NCBI GenBank assembly: GCA_951406725.2
Contig: OX597833.1
Coordinates: 49,042,001 to 49,106,000 of the forward strand
DNA: 64,000 bases
From: Octopus vulgaris
Lineage: Eukaryota
Reading direction: 5' to 3'
Below the pieces are notes generated by a model. It was not told the DNA's origin, ran no database searches, and worked only from the letters and a program-made list of their open reading frames with translations. Made by a program: the position numbers and the translations under genes. Shown here piece by piece: positions 14,348-27,105 of this stretch; position 1 is the first letter of the stretch; each line of letters begins with the position of its first letter.

Positions 14348-16023
14348 CTGAATAAAATTCAGCTTCCTTCTAAGGAAGAAAATATATGTAAGAAAAAAAA
14401 AATTATTTGATGAATCTACACATGACAAACACTCCTTCTCTTCCACCCACATATATGCCCTTAAAACTAATGACAAATACATTTGTAGTGAGTTGGAGAA
14501 GGTAATCAATTATGTGTATCTTATACTAAGTAAATTCTTTCGGTAAGTTGAAAAGAAAAAAAAAATCTATTTTCAAAACTTAAGAAATGATTGTTATATA
14601 ATAATATATTTGGTTCTATCTTTCAATGACTTTTCTTGCATATTATCATAATTAAAGAGAGATAACTAAAAATGAGATACCATTAGCTATGTAAATTACA
14701 TTAGATTTTCATTGATTTTAATTAGTTTTTTATTGATATAAGCACTAGATACAACATTCTTCTTAAGGCATGTAAAGTATATAGTTTTACTTTTTGCTTC
14801 CAAGCACTCAAGAAATTGACAAAAAATAGTTCAGTGAAAATTAATGTGACCTTAATTCTATTATGTGCCAACTAATGACTTTAATCATATATTATATGTA
14901 AAAGAGGTGATTTCTAAACAAGAAAGGTGTGTTGTTTTAAAATTTGCTTAAGCCTATATAGAATTAAACAAGGGAATTAGCAGGATTATATTATAATTTC
15001 TCTCTTAAAAGGGAACAAAAATTCAGGATTGATTAAAATAAATAATGATTTAAATGTGATATGGGATGATATGAAATATAAAACTGAACTCAAAAGATTA
15101 TAAGGAAGAATATAAATATAGAGTATTTGTCTTATGACTTTCAGTTGGGTATAAATAGGATGAGGATATCCAAGAAATGAAATAAATGCCAAGCGAAAAA
15201 TATCAATAAATGTTCTGACTATTAAGAATTTTAAACTCAAGTGGTACATAACCTCAAAGAACGAACTCAGTTCTATGAAGGGCACAAGATAGAATTTTTT
15301 TTTTCTTGTTAATTTCTTATTGAAAAATCCTACATAAATGAGACCAAAATATGACCAATAATTCTTTTTCTTTGAATTATTGAAAAGGAGGATTATCAAG
15401 AAACTGTATAATATTAATGAGATATGAAGCTTTTGACCCTGGGTTTTCGAAAATTACTATCTTAAGATCCAAAATGAGATACAGTTACGAATGGAGAGAA
15501 ATGAAAGAAATATAAAAAAAAAAATGAATGAATGAATGAATAGATAAATAAATAATTAGAACATGGAAAGTAACGTTAACGAGACAAAAGGTGATAGTTC
15601 TGTGTTTACTGAGACATTGAGACGGTAATTACATAAAAAGCACAATATAAAGTGATATGATTATCTTGGAAGAAAATTTATGAGAAAGAGAAAGAAGAAG
15701 AAAGACAGAGAGAGAGAGAGAGAGAGAGAGAAAGAAAGAAAGAGGGGTAGAGTGAGTGGGAGGGGGCATTGCTAAGAACTGAGACCTACAGGAAAAAGAA
15801 TTAGATTATAAAAGCAAGATGCAATCACGAGTGTTTCTCAGAGAAAAGCCATAGTACATACCTATAAGTTGTGTAACTATGGTAAAATGGAAAGGACAGA
15901 GCTAATAGTAATACAAAATAATAATAATAATAATAAAAAAGATAGCAAGTTCTTTAAGGTATATTTAATTGACATTTGAAGTTAGATGAGACTCAACTCA
16001 AGAGAATATATATACATGTATAT

Positions 16024-16055
<32 letters not shown>

Positions 16056-16395
16056 AAGTAATTTTAGAGACAGAACCACCTACACCTCAATCAACACTGA
16101 AAGAAGATTTATACCCACCACTCCATAAAATGTTAAAAATTAAAATCTTATACTAACTATATATCTATTCTGAATCCTGTATTTTCCGTTTATAAGACTA
16201 TAATAATAATGATAATAATAATATATACATATATATATACATATATATATATACATACATATATATATATATATATATACATATATATATACATACATAT
16301 ATATATATATATACATACATATATATATATACATACATATATATATATACATATATATATACATACATATATATATACATATATATATACATACA

Positions 16396-16450
<55 letters not shown>

Positions 16451-16530
16451 ATATACATATATATATACATACATATATATATACATATATATATACATAT
16501 ATATATATATACATACATATATATACATAG

Positions 16531-16577
<47 letters not shown>

Positions 16578-17185
16578 GATACACACATATATGGCAATGG
16601 AAATAATTAGAATTCGTTAAGTTGTTCGGTATAAAAATGAATTACTTGACATGAGTTGTGAAGAGTAAGAGTTACTGAATAAAGGACAGGTATAGTTTAA
16701 CAAATAGACACGCCCTGCCAAAGTTGGAGTGACTGAGGAAGCAACATTGGACAATAGTTGCACAGTTCGCATATAATTTACAAAGAATATAGATTTGGTA
16801 AAGATATTTCTTTCATGGAAATATATAATATTTAGCATCAGTGATGGTGCTGTTCTGTTGCTTCTTCAAAATTAGCAAGAAACTAACGGCAAATAGATCA
16901 TATAAAGGCATTTGTTTGAGAAAATAAAAAACCACTATATAAAACCCACCCACATACAATTATATTCGATTCCAACCAGTTCCTCAAAATTTTCAGATAT
17001 TTTGCTTCGATTAAAACACCCAAACGTGTAATGATAAATGCTTTGAACACAATAAAACACTGGGAATGTGAGAGATTTATTGTATTTAAAGGGAAAGGTA
17101 GATTAAAAGCACGAGTTAATGATGTGTGAAAGCTATAAGGTATTATTAAACGAAAATGAAAATGAAAGTTGAAGGAGGCACTCAC

Positions 17186-17270
17186 AGTTGCAGACGACAT
17201 ATCCCCCACACATCGTTTTAGCATCGGTTTCACAACTACTTATTCAACTACATCCGCCGCCACAGAAATC
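17186..17270 (-). other. Candidate first exon of a divergently transcribed gene (ATG TCG TCT GCA ACT, then GTGAGT donor)
   Basis: On the - strand, a CpG-containing unique stretch (ctgtggcggcggatg) leads to an ATG at 17200 and a consensus donor ACT|GTGAGT at 17186/17185. No homology recognised. Confidence 0.35.
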
Positions 17271-18199
17271 ATAAGTAATGAAGGGCAAAGATGAACATTT
17301 AGTTCTTGTTTAAGGAAGCAAATTTCAGAAAAGAAACGATGATAGAGCTAGCGGACGCACGGCAAATGTATCAATGAAGACAGATCGAAGCTACATACAT
17401 AGGTTAAAATAACAACTCGTTTTGCTAATGATCGGGCAAAATTTTAAAGAAATACTTTTGCAAGAAGATGAACATTGGTGTATATTTAATTGAAACAATA
17501 TTGTTATTGCTAATTTTTTTTGCATAGATGCAACCCCAGTGAATGCAAAAGCAGTCAGTCCATCAATAATTTGTTGCTCGTAAAATGGGAGACAGCAAAT
17601 CAGATAATAAAAGCAGATACCTCATAAAGTCTCTATAAGAAAATATGAAGATTTAATAGAAGAAATTATTATAAAAATTGCCAACTCTTTCCTCAGATAA
17701 ATATAGCGTTAAAATGGCTATCCTGAAGAACTGTTTGAAAACGAAAGTAGAAAACGGGGTAAATAATTAATAAATGCATTATTAAAAGAATAATAAGAAA
17801 GAATCAAATTATGAAATTACCTTAGATGCTGCAATTAGAAGTATCAAAAAGGTAAAACTTTAGAAGCAATCACTCTGTAAGGAGTTTAAGCGATAAGGAC
17901 GTTGAAATGAATGGGAAGAAGTGAGAACCATAAATTTATCCACCTCAAATTATATGTAGTAGGGGAGGCTTTATTTTGGGTTCTATATGCATATCATTCA
18001 ACAGTTATTATTTTATGTCTCTTTATTACCGAAAAGTTGATTATACGTTCAGTATGTAAAATAAGAATAAATGTTAAGTTTTCTCCTTTTCATTTCCTAT
18101 AAAAGACACCAAACGTAAGTAACCACTATCCTGACACCCCTCCACTTTTCCAAATCCACTGCTTGCTTAACACTAAGTTTTAGGATTTAGTGTGAAAAT

Positions 18200-18312
18200 G
18201 AACTGCTCCAACGAGAGATCACGAGACTTGATAAATGGTCGAAGACCATCGTAAGCAGACGCACGGAAGTGACTTGTAGCATTACTTGTTTCCACTGGCG
18301 ATATAGGTAGGT
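18200..18312 (+). promoter_or_regulatory. Candidate promoter / 5' UTR exon with ETS-type motif
   Basis: CpG-enriched, repeat-free stretch with CGGAAGTG at 18264-18271, TCACGAG near 18219 and a donor-like ag|gtaggt at 18306/18307. Confidence 0.35.
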
Positions 18313-18549
18313 AGAATAAACAATGATTTAGTTAAATTTTGGTCTCTTCATTTTCTATCGATGAGTTATTTCCCTCTATCTTATTTACCAAAGAAGAATT
18401 TTTTATTTTTTATTTTAATATACAGAAATATTTGATATAGAGCAAGAAAACCCGCTACAGATTAAATATTTTGTTGCAGTCAGTGTTTCTTTTCCTTCGA
18501 AAAGGTTTGCTGGGTTTCTAATTAAAGGGAGACGGAGTGAATGAGTGAG

Positions 18550-18604
<55 letters not shown>

Positions 18605-18899
18605 AAGAAAGAGAGGCAACGTGCGTGTTAGAGACACTGATAGATAGATAGATAGATAGATAGATGAATAGGGAGAGGTGCGTGTGCTATTTTCTACGAT
18701 TGTAAACAGGTCATCGAACGAAAGTTATATAAAATTAATTAAACAGGAAAAAAAACAACGATCTACCGGCGAAGAAATGTTTTTATTTTGTTTTTCTTTT
18801 AGAAGAAATGAATGAGAGGATGTGAATCGCGTAACAGGACAACCTGGTAAATAGAAACCGATGTTCATTAGAGAGATGATAGATTTTTGAATTAATATT

Positions 18900-19132
18900 G
18901 GGTCTTTTCGGTTTGAAAGGCAGTTTTTTTCTAGCGGTGTCATATGAAATTGTCACCCATAATTACGACCCTAGTATCGATCTATTGCATTTCAATCTGT
19001 CTTAGAATTTTCTCAATAAAGCCAAGAGAAAAAAGATGTTTTATAAACACATTCTACCAGTATACGAAGTTTAAAATTTTTTAGTTACGTGGAAATTATT
19101 TTAAAAAACTGCCGGTCAAACCGAAAAGATCC
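18900..19132. mobile_element. Internally deleted copy of the 8-bp-TSD MITE (partly duplicated at ~19288-19455)
   Basis: Same TIRs; flanks TTAATATT / TTAATATA. Confidence 0.8.
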
Positions 19133-20164
19133 TTAATATACAGAAAAACAAAGGAAACTGTATACAAAATGTGTGTGATTCAGATTTAGGTGAAAGAAAA
19201 AAAAAGGGGGGAGTATAATTAGTGAGGGACGTGTGTTAAATAGGGTGGGACAGATAAAGCGTGGAGAAGAAAAGGTAAAGAGAAAGTAACGACCCTAGTA
19301 TCGATCTATTGCATTTCAATTTGTTTTAGGATTTTCTCAATAAAGCCAAGAGAAAATAATGTTTTATAAACACATTCTACCAGTATACGAAGTTTAAAAG
19401 TGTTTAGTTACGCGGAAATTATTTTTAAAAACTGCCGGTCAAACCGAAAAGATCCTTAATATACAGAAAAAGTTCTAATTCCGCCGAGGTCGACTTTGCC
19501 TTTCATCCTTTCGAGGTCGATAAATTAAGTACCAGTTATGCACAAGAGATCGATATAATCGACTTAATCCGTTTGTCTGTCCTTATTTGTACCCCCTGTG
19601 TTTAGCCCCTTGTGGGTTGTAAAGAAATAGGTATTTCGTCTGCCGCTACATTCTGAGTTTAAATTCCGCCGAGGTCGACTTTGCCTTTCATCCTTTCGGG
19701 GTCGATAAATTAAGTACCAGTTACGCACTGGAGATCGATATAATCGACTTAACCCGTTTGTCTGTCCTTGTTTGTACCCCCTGTGTTTAGCCCCTTGTGG
19801 GTAGTAAAGAAATAGGTATTTCGTCTGCCGCTACATTCTGAGTTCAAATTCCACTGAGGTCTACTTTGCCTTTCATCCTTTCGGGGTCGATAAATTAAGT
19901 ACCAGTTACGCTCCGGAGATCGATATAATCGACTTAATCCGTTTGTCTGTCCTTGTTTGTACCTCTCTGTGCTTAGCCCCTTGTGGGTAGTTAAGAAATA
20001 AATATACAGAAAAACAAAGGAAACTGTATACAAAATGTGAGTGATTTAGATTTAGGTGAAAGGGGGGAAAAAAGGGGGTATAATTAGTGAGGGACGTGTG
20101 GGAAATAGGGTGGGACAGATAAAGCGTGGAGAAGAAGAAAAGGTAAAAGGAAAGTATTAGAGAG

Positions 20165-20297
20165 GTAGATTCGCTCTTCAGTGTTGCGCCACTTAACAAT
20201 AGGTTTTGGTTGAACTTTATCTCACAGCACAAATCGCCAGTTTATATTTGCCGTTAGAATATTCCGTTAATATCTTGCTGTTTATCTTTTGGTGAGT
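20165..20297 (+). promoter_or_regulatory. Candidate non-coding first exon (possibly of MPPE1)
   Basis: CpG-enriched unique sequence ending in a consensus donor tttg|GTGAGT at 20291/20292. Confidence 0.3.
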
Positions 20298-20920
20298 GTT
20301 TAGTGTTTTGTTTCACATTTTCCTGTTTGTATTTGTGTAATGTTAGAGTTTTTGCTTTTAATGGAAAAAATAGCGATCTATGAAAAAAAAACATTCTTCT
20401 AATTCGATGCTGTGTTTGCAATATTGCGATCTTCATGTGTTGCGCCGCTGCTGGAATATATACATATTTATATGAACGAACATATTGTGTTTCATTTACA
20501 AAATAGATTTTTCAGAAAATGACGAAGGAACAAAAAAAAAAAAGAAACCCCTCCCCTCCTAAAAAAAAAAGACAAAAACTCCCAGTAAATATAAATGATT
20601 AAGATAGAGGCATGCACACTTCATTCAATTATAGACCATGCCTGGGGTAATATGCTTTTCCCTTTAAATTTTCTTAGAAGAGAAAGTAAAAAAACAAACA
20701 AGGAATTTTGTGTTAGCGGATGAGTAGTAAGTCATTTTTATTATAATTATCACTTTATATAACTGTGGCACTGAGCATTTTTAAATTCAGGAACAATATA
20801 CGACTGATATATATTAATAGAATGGACACCACTATGCGTTATAGGTGTACGTTTGAACGAGTAAAATTCATAATCAGTATCGATGAGTACATTACTCACA
20901 CACAAACACACATATGTGAT

Positions 20921-21963
20921 ATTCTGTCACAAATAAAAGGTTCGACTGTTTATATTTTTAACCTGTGGCTAGACTATATTCCTCAAAGTCTGGGCGATTA
21001 TTTTATACTTTGTTTAATTAAAGATTAATTAAAGATAATTAGTATACCGATCTGAAAGTAATTCTGTCGCAAATAAAAGGTCCAATTGTTTATATTTTTA
21101 ACCTGTGGCTAGACTATATTCCTCAAAGACTGGACGATTATTTTATACTTTGTTTAATTAAAGATAATTAATATACCGATCTGAAAGTAATTCTGTCTCA
21201 AATAAAAGGTTCAACTGTTTATATTTTTAACCTGTGGCTAGGCTATATTCCTCAAAGACTGGACGATTATTTTATACTTTGTTTAATTAAAGATAATTAG
21301 TATACCGATCTGAAAGTAATTCTGTCACAAATAAAAGGTTCGACTGTTTATATTTTTAACCTGTGGCTAAACTATATTCCTCAAAGACTGGACGATTATT
21401 TTATACCTTGTTTAATTAAAGATAATTAGTATACCGATCTGAAAGTAAATCTGTCACAAATAAAAGGTCCAACTGTTTATATTTTTAACCTGTGGCTAAA
21501 CTATATTCCTCAAAGTCTGGGCGAATGTTTTATACTTTATTTAATTAAAGCTAATTAGTATACCGATCTGGAAGTAATTCTGTCACAAATAAAAGGTTCG
21601 ACTGTTTATATTTTTAACCTGTGGCTATGCTATATTCCGCAAAGACTGGGCGATTATTTTATACTTTATTTAATTAAAGATAATTAATATACCGATCTGA
21701 AAGTAATTCTGTCACAAATAAAAGGTCCAACTGTTTATATTTTTAACCTGTGGATAGACTATATTCCTCAAAGACTGGACGATTATTTTATACCTTGTTT
21801 AATTAAAGGTAATTAGTATACCGATCTGAAAGTAATTCTGTCACAAATAAAAGGTTCGACTGTTTATATTTTTAACCTGTGGCTAGACTATATTCCTCAA
21901 AGTCTGGACGATTATTTTATACTTTGTTTAATTAAAGATAATTTGTATACCGATCTGAAAGTA
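20921..21963. repeat. Tandem array of 8 copies of a 129-bp unit
   Basis: Units start at 20921, 21061, 21190, 21319, 21448, 21577, 21706 and 21835 (ATTCTGTCACAAATAAAAGG...CCGATCTGAAAGTA); the first unit has an 11-bp internal duplication. Confidence 0.95.
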
Positions 21964-23343
21964 AATTGTTTATATAACTTAATATTACTGATAATGATTC
22001 ATAAATGACATCAACTATTATTCATTCATATCCAAATATCACAGATTCTGCTGTTAACATTATTATTATTCTTTTCTTCTGACCTCCTTTATTGTTTTTC
22101 TAAAGTTCAAAGTGATTTTCAGTTTTAATGTTTGCATATAAGATATGATCGGAACAGGTGTCAGTTTATTATGATTTTATTGTGCAACACCAAGTCTTAC
22201 TTTACAATTTCCATTCTGTTTATAGTCTAAAACATATGACAGTATCTCAGCGGCCTTTATTTCTTTTTACAGATTATTGTAGGATATTCGATAATTTCTA
22301 ATATCATCAGCTTCGTTTCTCAAGTATTTACCGTAGTTTGCCAGTGTAAAGTAATCATTGTAATAAATAATCAGGTATGAAACGAGCAATAAATAGTTTG
22401 ATATTATAATGACACCAGATTAGATATGCATGTGGAAATAAACATAGTGGCTGGACAGGCATTATTAGTATTAATTATTATTATTATTATTAGTTGTTGT
22501 AATTTCGTTTTGGAATAGTGTGTTGTTTTTGTTTAAATCTTAGTTACGTCTAAGATATTTTATAAGTGATATATAAACCGCCCCAGGTAAATGTATTTTA
22601 TCGACCCCGTGAAGATGTCAGACTAAGATGCGATCAGCCAAGGGCAAAACTCTGAAGACTGTCATCGTCATCGTTATCTAACGTCCACTTTTCCACGCTT
22701 TCATGGGTCAGAGGGAGTTTGAGGTAGATTTTCTATAGCCGGATGCCCTTCCTGTAGCTAACCCTCATCTGTTTCCAAGCACTCACGCCCAGACATGTTT
22801 TTCACGTAAGAGTGAAAACGAACAATCTCGCTCATATGACGATGACGCTCATTTACAATCATCACGTGATGTCTAGACAAGGGTACACACACACACACAC
22901 ACACACACACATTTATGTATATGTGTGTGTGTATTCAGATTCCATCTACTAAAGCCACTCACAAGGCTTTGGTTGACCTGGGGCTGTAGTAGACACCTGG
23001 CTACAGTGCTGCTCAAAGGAACTAAACCCAGCATCACATAATTAGAAAGGAAGCTTCTCAAACTTATCGCCACACCTATACCTCATGTATGTCATCATCA
23101 TCATTATCGTTTGACGCCCACTTTCTGTGCTGGCAAACCAGAAAACTGCCAAACTCTTGTGTCTGCTTTGGGCAACTTCTATGGCTTGATATCCTTCCTA
23201 ACGCCTATATCATCATCATCATCATTTAACGTCTGCTTTCCATGCTAGCATGGGTTGGACGTATGACTGAGGGCTGGCAAACCAGATGGCTGCACCATGT
23301 TTCAATCTTGATCTGGCAGAGTTTCTACAGTTGGATGCCCTTC

Positions 23344-23382
<39 letters not shown>

Positions 23383-23438
23383 TAGATCGCTAGTCACTAC
23401 ATATTCTTTATTTTCTCTCCTTGTTTCTTTCTGTGTTC

Positions 23439-23474
23439 CTTTCTGTGGAAGAGTGTAGGCTTGAAACGTTAAAG
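23439..23474 (+). ncRNA. Degenerate minimal hammerhead-like motif
   Basis: CTTT | CTGTGGA | A GAGT-GTAG-GCTT | GAA A-CG-T T | AAAG. A6 is changed to U, so it is probably inactive. Confidence 0.4.
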
Positions 23475-24303
23475 ACTTTTTCACTTCCCAAGCATTGTAC
23501 TAATACATCTGTTTGTTGTCTACACCACCTGTCTTCATCTTTTGATCTTTTGTGAATTCTCCCTATATATATATATATATATATATATATCATTATTGTC
23601 ATCATCATTTATAGCAGTGGTTCTCAAAGTGGGCAGTACTGCTCCCTTGGGGGGTGGTGCTGAAAAGTGGGATGACAATGAGGTGGCCAAAATGAGGTGA
23701 TAGATGTAAGAAAAATATATTAATACTCTTTTTACTCTTACTCTTTTACTTGTTTCAGTCGTTTGACTGTGGCCATGCAGAAGCTCCGCCTTTAGTTGAG
23801 CACATCGACCCCAGCACTTATTCTTTGTAAGCCTAGTGCTTATTCTATCGGTCTTTTTTGCCAAACCACTAAGTTACGGGGATATAAGCACACCAGCATT
23901 GGTTGTCAAGCGATGGTGGGGGGACAAACACAGGCACACAAACATATATATACATACATACGACGGGCTTCTTTAAGTTTCCATCTACCAAATCCACTCA
24001 CAAGGCTTTGGTCGGCCCGAGGCTACAGTAGAAGACACTTGCCCAAGTTGCCACGCAGTGGGACTGAACCCGAAACCATGTGGTTGGTAAGCAAGCTACT
24101 TACCACACAGCCACTCCTGCATTGGTTGTATGTTATTGGTATACTTCGAGGTGTATTACAGATCATAAATCCTGTTGGTGTATTCATTTGATTATATATG
24201 TGATATATATGTGTGTGTGTTTTTGTAAACATAGTAGACCTGCAAACATGGCAAATTTAACCATTTTTTTCGTAGATTGGAAAATTGAGGAACAGCCTTT
24301 TAA

Positions 24304-24948
24304 CCCTTAGGCATTTAAACTGGCCATATTCGGCCAAAATCTTCCGCCTGTTTTCTTTTCAAACCAACCAGATCCCACCTCTCACATCTACTCTAGGATC
24401 TTTTCGGTTTGAACAGCAGTTTTTAACATAATTTCTAGGTAACTAAAAAAATTTTAAACTTCGTATACTGGTAGAATGTATTTATAAAACATCTTTTTCT
24501 CTTGGCTTTATTGAGAAAATTCTATAGTTTGTAAGATATTTGTTGTTTTTTTCTTCAATTTCTGCAAGTTCAACCAATCAATGACGTCTACTGAGGTAAA
24601 AAAAAACATTCTGTGCCGTATGAATATGTCCCTCGTTTAAGAAACAGATTGGGTTTATTTACATTTGTGAAGAAAAAAAGATGCCCTTCCCCCCACCCCT
24701 AACCCTAACCCTAAAACAGATTGAAATGCAATAGATCGATACTAGGGTCATAATTATGGGTGACAATTTCATATGACACCGCTAGAAAAAACTGCCGTTC
24801 AAACCGAAAAGATCCCTACTCTACATTGTCATTTTAAAAATAAGCGATTTCATCATCAAAATCTCAAAGCTACAAGACAATGCCTGACTAATTCAAAACA
24901 GTATAACAATATAAGCATTGCATTTAGAGTAATCTGAATACTAAAGGG
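24304..24948. mobile_element. piggyBac-like TTAA MITE hosting the nested 8-bp-TSD MITE
   Basis: TTAA-CCCTTAGGCATT ... AATACTAAAGGG-TTAA. Confidence 0.8.
24396..24815. mobile_element. MITE with ~27-bp TIRs starting GGATCTTTTCGGTTTGAAC and an 8-bp TSD (Merlin- or hAT-like)
   Basis: TIRs at both ends, TSD CTACTCTA on both sides, internal (CCCTAA)3. Confidence 0.88.
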
Positions 24949-25065
24949 TTAATCAGTTTGTGACCCTTTTTGGGTTCTCATCAGAAGCGGCTACAACATT
25001 TGAGCAATCTCAGAAGAGATAACAGATTAGTTGATGTACACAACTAAAACTGTAGCTTCAGAGAA

Positions 25066-25596
25066 CTGATGCTGCTGGTGGCACATAAAAAGCACCATCC
25101 GAACGTGACTGATGCCAACCCCGCCTCGAATGACTTCTGTGCCGGTGGCACTTAAAAAGCACCATCCGAACGTGGCCGATGCCAGCACCGCCTCGACTGG
25201 CTTCTGTGCCGGTGGCACATAAAAAGCACCATCCGAACGTGACTGATGCCAACCCCGCCTCGAATGACTTCTGTGCCGGTGGCACTTAAAAAGCACCATC
25301 CGAACGTGGCCGATGCCAGCACCGCCTCGACTGGCTACTGTGCCGGTGGCACATAAAAAGCACCAACCGATCGTGGCCGATGCCAGACCCCTCTGGCACC
25401 TGTGCAGGTGGCACGTAAAAAGCACCCACTACACTCGCGGAGTGGTTGGCGTTAGGAAGGGCATCCAGCTGTAGAAACACTGCCAGATCAGACTGGAGCC
25501 TGGAGCAGCCCCTGGCTCCCCAGACCCCGGTCGAACCGTCCAACCCGTGCTAGCGCGGAAAACAGACGTTAAACGATGATGATGATGATGATGATG
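25066..25596 (+). mobile_element. RTE 3' UTR-only copy with expanded internal ~62-bp tandem repeats
   Basis: About 6 units of GTGCCGGTGGCAC(A/T)TAAAAAGCACCATCCGAACGTG, then GGAGTGGTTGGCGTTAGGAAGGGCATCCAGC and a (GAT)n tail. Confidence 0.85.
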
Positions 25597-26699
25597 TGTT
25601 CAGCTCATTATTTCATGTGAGCACAGGATGGATGAATGGTTAGAATGTTTGCTTCGCAAAATATGAGCATCTGGGTCTCACCCCCACTGCATGGTCTAAT
25701 GTAATTTTCTAAAGTATGCCTTGTGTCATTGCATACCTTGTGAAGGAAGTAGCGTAAAGTGGTAACTGTATAGAAGCCTTCATCATCATCATCATCATTT
25801 AATGTCCATTATCCATGCTGGCATGGGTTGGACAGTTTGAATCAGAGCTGATATAGCTGGGGAGCTGCATCAGATTCTAGTCTGATTTGACATGGTTTCT
25901 ACTGCATTTGCCTGACTATGAAAATATTATCGGTAGTGCTTCTTCCCTGAACAAAGCCAAGCTGCATTTTGTCTAGCCTAATTCTGCTCCTAATTAATTG
26001 AACTATAACACTCTCTCTTTTTGTAGTTTTCATCACTTGGTCCAGGAGTTTGATGCCTCTATAATTGCTTTTATCTAAATCATCACCCTTACCCTTGTAG
26101 CAGCTATCAATTATGCTGCTATGCCAGTCACTGAGATTTACACCTTTCTGAATGACCTGATTAACTATGCGGGTGACTAGCCCATATCCTACCTTACTAG
26201 ATATTTTGAGGCTGCATGGGAAGGGAGGCTGATCAGGGTATGTTGTAGTGTCCTTGTTTTTCTTTCTTTTTCTCTTGTCTGCAAGGGTGGTTCTGTGAGT
26301 ATCTTCAAAGGAGGCTGTTGCCTGGAGGAAATGAGATGCCAGGTTCCACTGTTAGTAGCAAGAACAGACTGCTGGTAGTGATCAAAATGGCAGGCACTGA
26401 GAGATTTCTTTAGGGAGTCCTTGTACTTCTTCTTTGGTACTATCATGATGACCAGGGGTGAGTTTGTCGTACAACATAATCTTGGGAAGTTGATGATCCT
26501 CTATCCTAATGATCTGTCTGCCTAGTGTAGCTGTGTCTTCAGCAGAGTTGCTTTGATGTGGTGACCTTTGCCTGCTCTAAATCCTTGATGTTAGTCACAA
26601 AGTTAGTTACTCCAGTGGATGCTGGAGGATGATGCCAAGGCAGTGCTGATGGCATTGCTTAAGAAATCATAGGTGGTGCTAATAAATGACCCACAATTC

Positions 26700-27105
26700 A
26701 GAGCCATACAAAAGCTCTGTATTGTCATTGGAGAAGCTTGAGAGGCGGTTGGATGGAACCTACACTCGCCTCCTTATGAGAGCTCAAAATCTCTCGTGGA
26801 AGCGCCATCCAACCAAAATGCAAATATATGGGAAACTACCACCTGTGTCATCTCTTGTGAAAGGTAAGAGAGTCCAGTTTGCTGGACATTGTTGTAGAGC
26901 TGAAAAAGAGGTAATTTCTACTCTTCTCCTCTGGAAGCCATCTACTCGCAATACCAGAGGGCGCACCCTCTCCTACCCTGATGTAATCTCCAGGGATACA
27001 GGCATCCAGCAACAGGACCTCCGTAATGCCATGATGGACTGTGAAGTCTGGCGTAGCATGGTAAATTCCATTGTCTCGACCACGGTCGAACAATGATGAT
27101 GATGA
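26700..27105 (+). mobile_element. 3' end of a second RTE-type LINE family
   Basis: LERRLDGTYTRLLMRAQNLSWKRHPTK..IYG.LP......RVQFAGHC.R...LLLWKP....RGR..SYPD resembles an RTE C-terminus; the stop codon runs into a (TGA)n tail. Confidence 0.8.

Noticed and set aside
24949-24995. - strand CTGATGA-GAACCC-AAAAA-GGGTC hammerhead-like start
   Set aside because: GAAA is replaced by ACAAA and the 3' side is interrupted by the TTAA MITE; too degenerate to call
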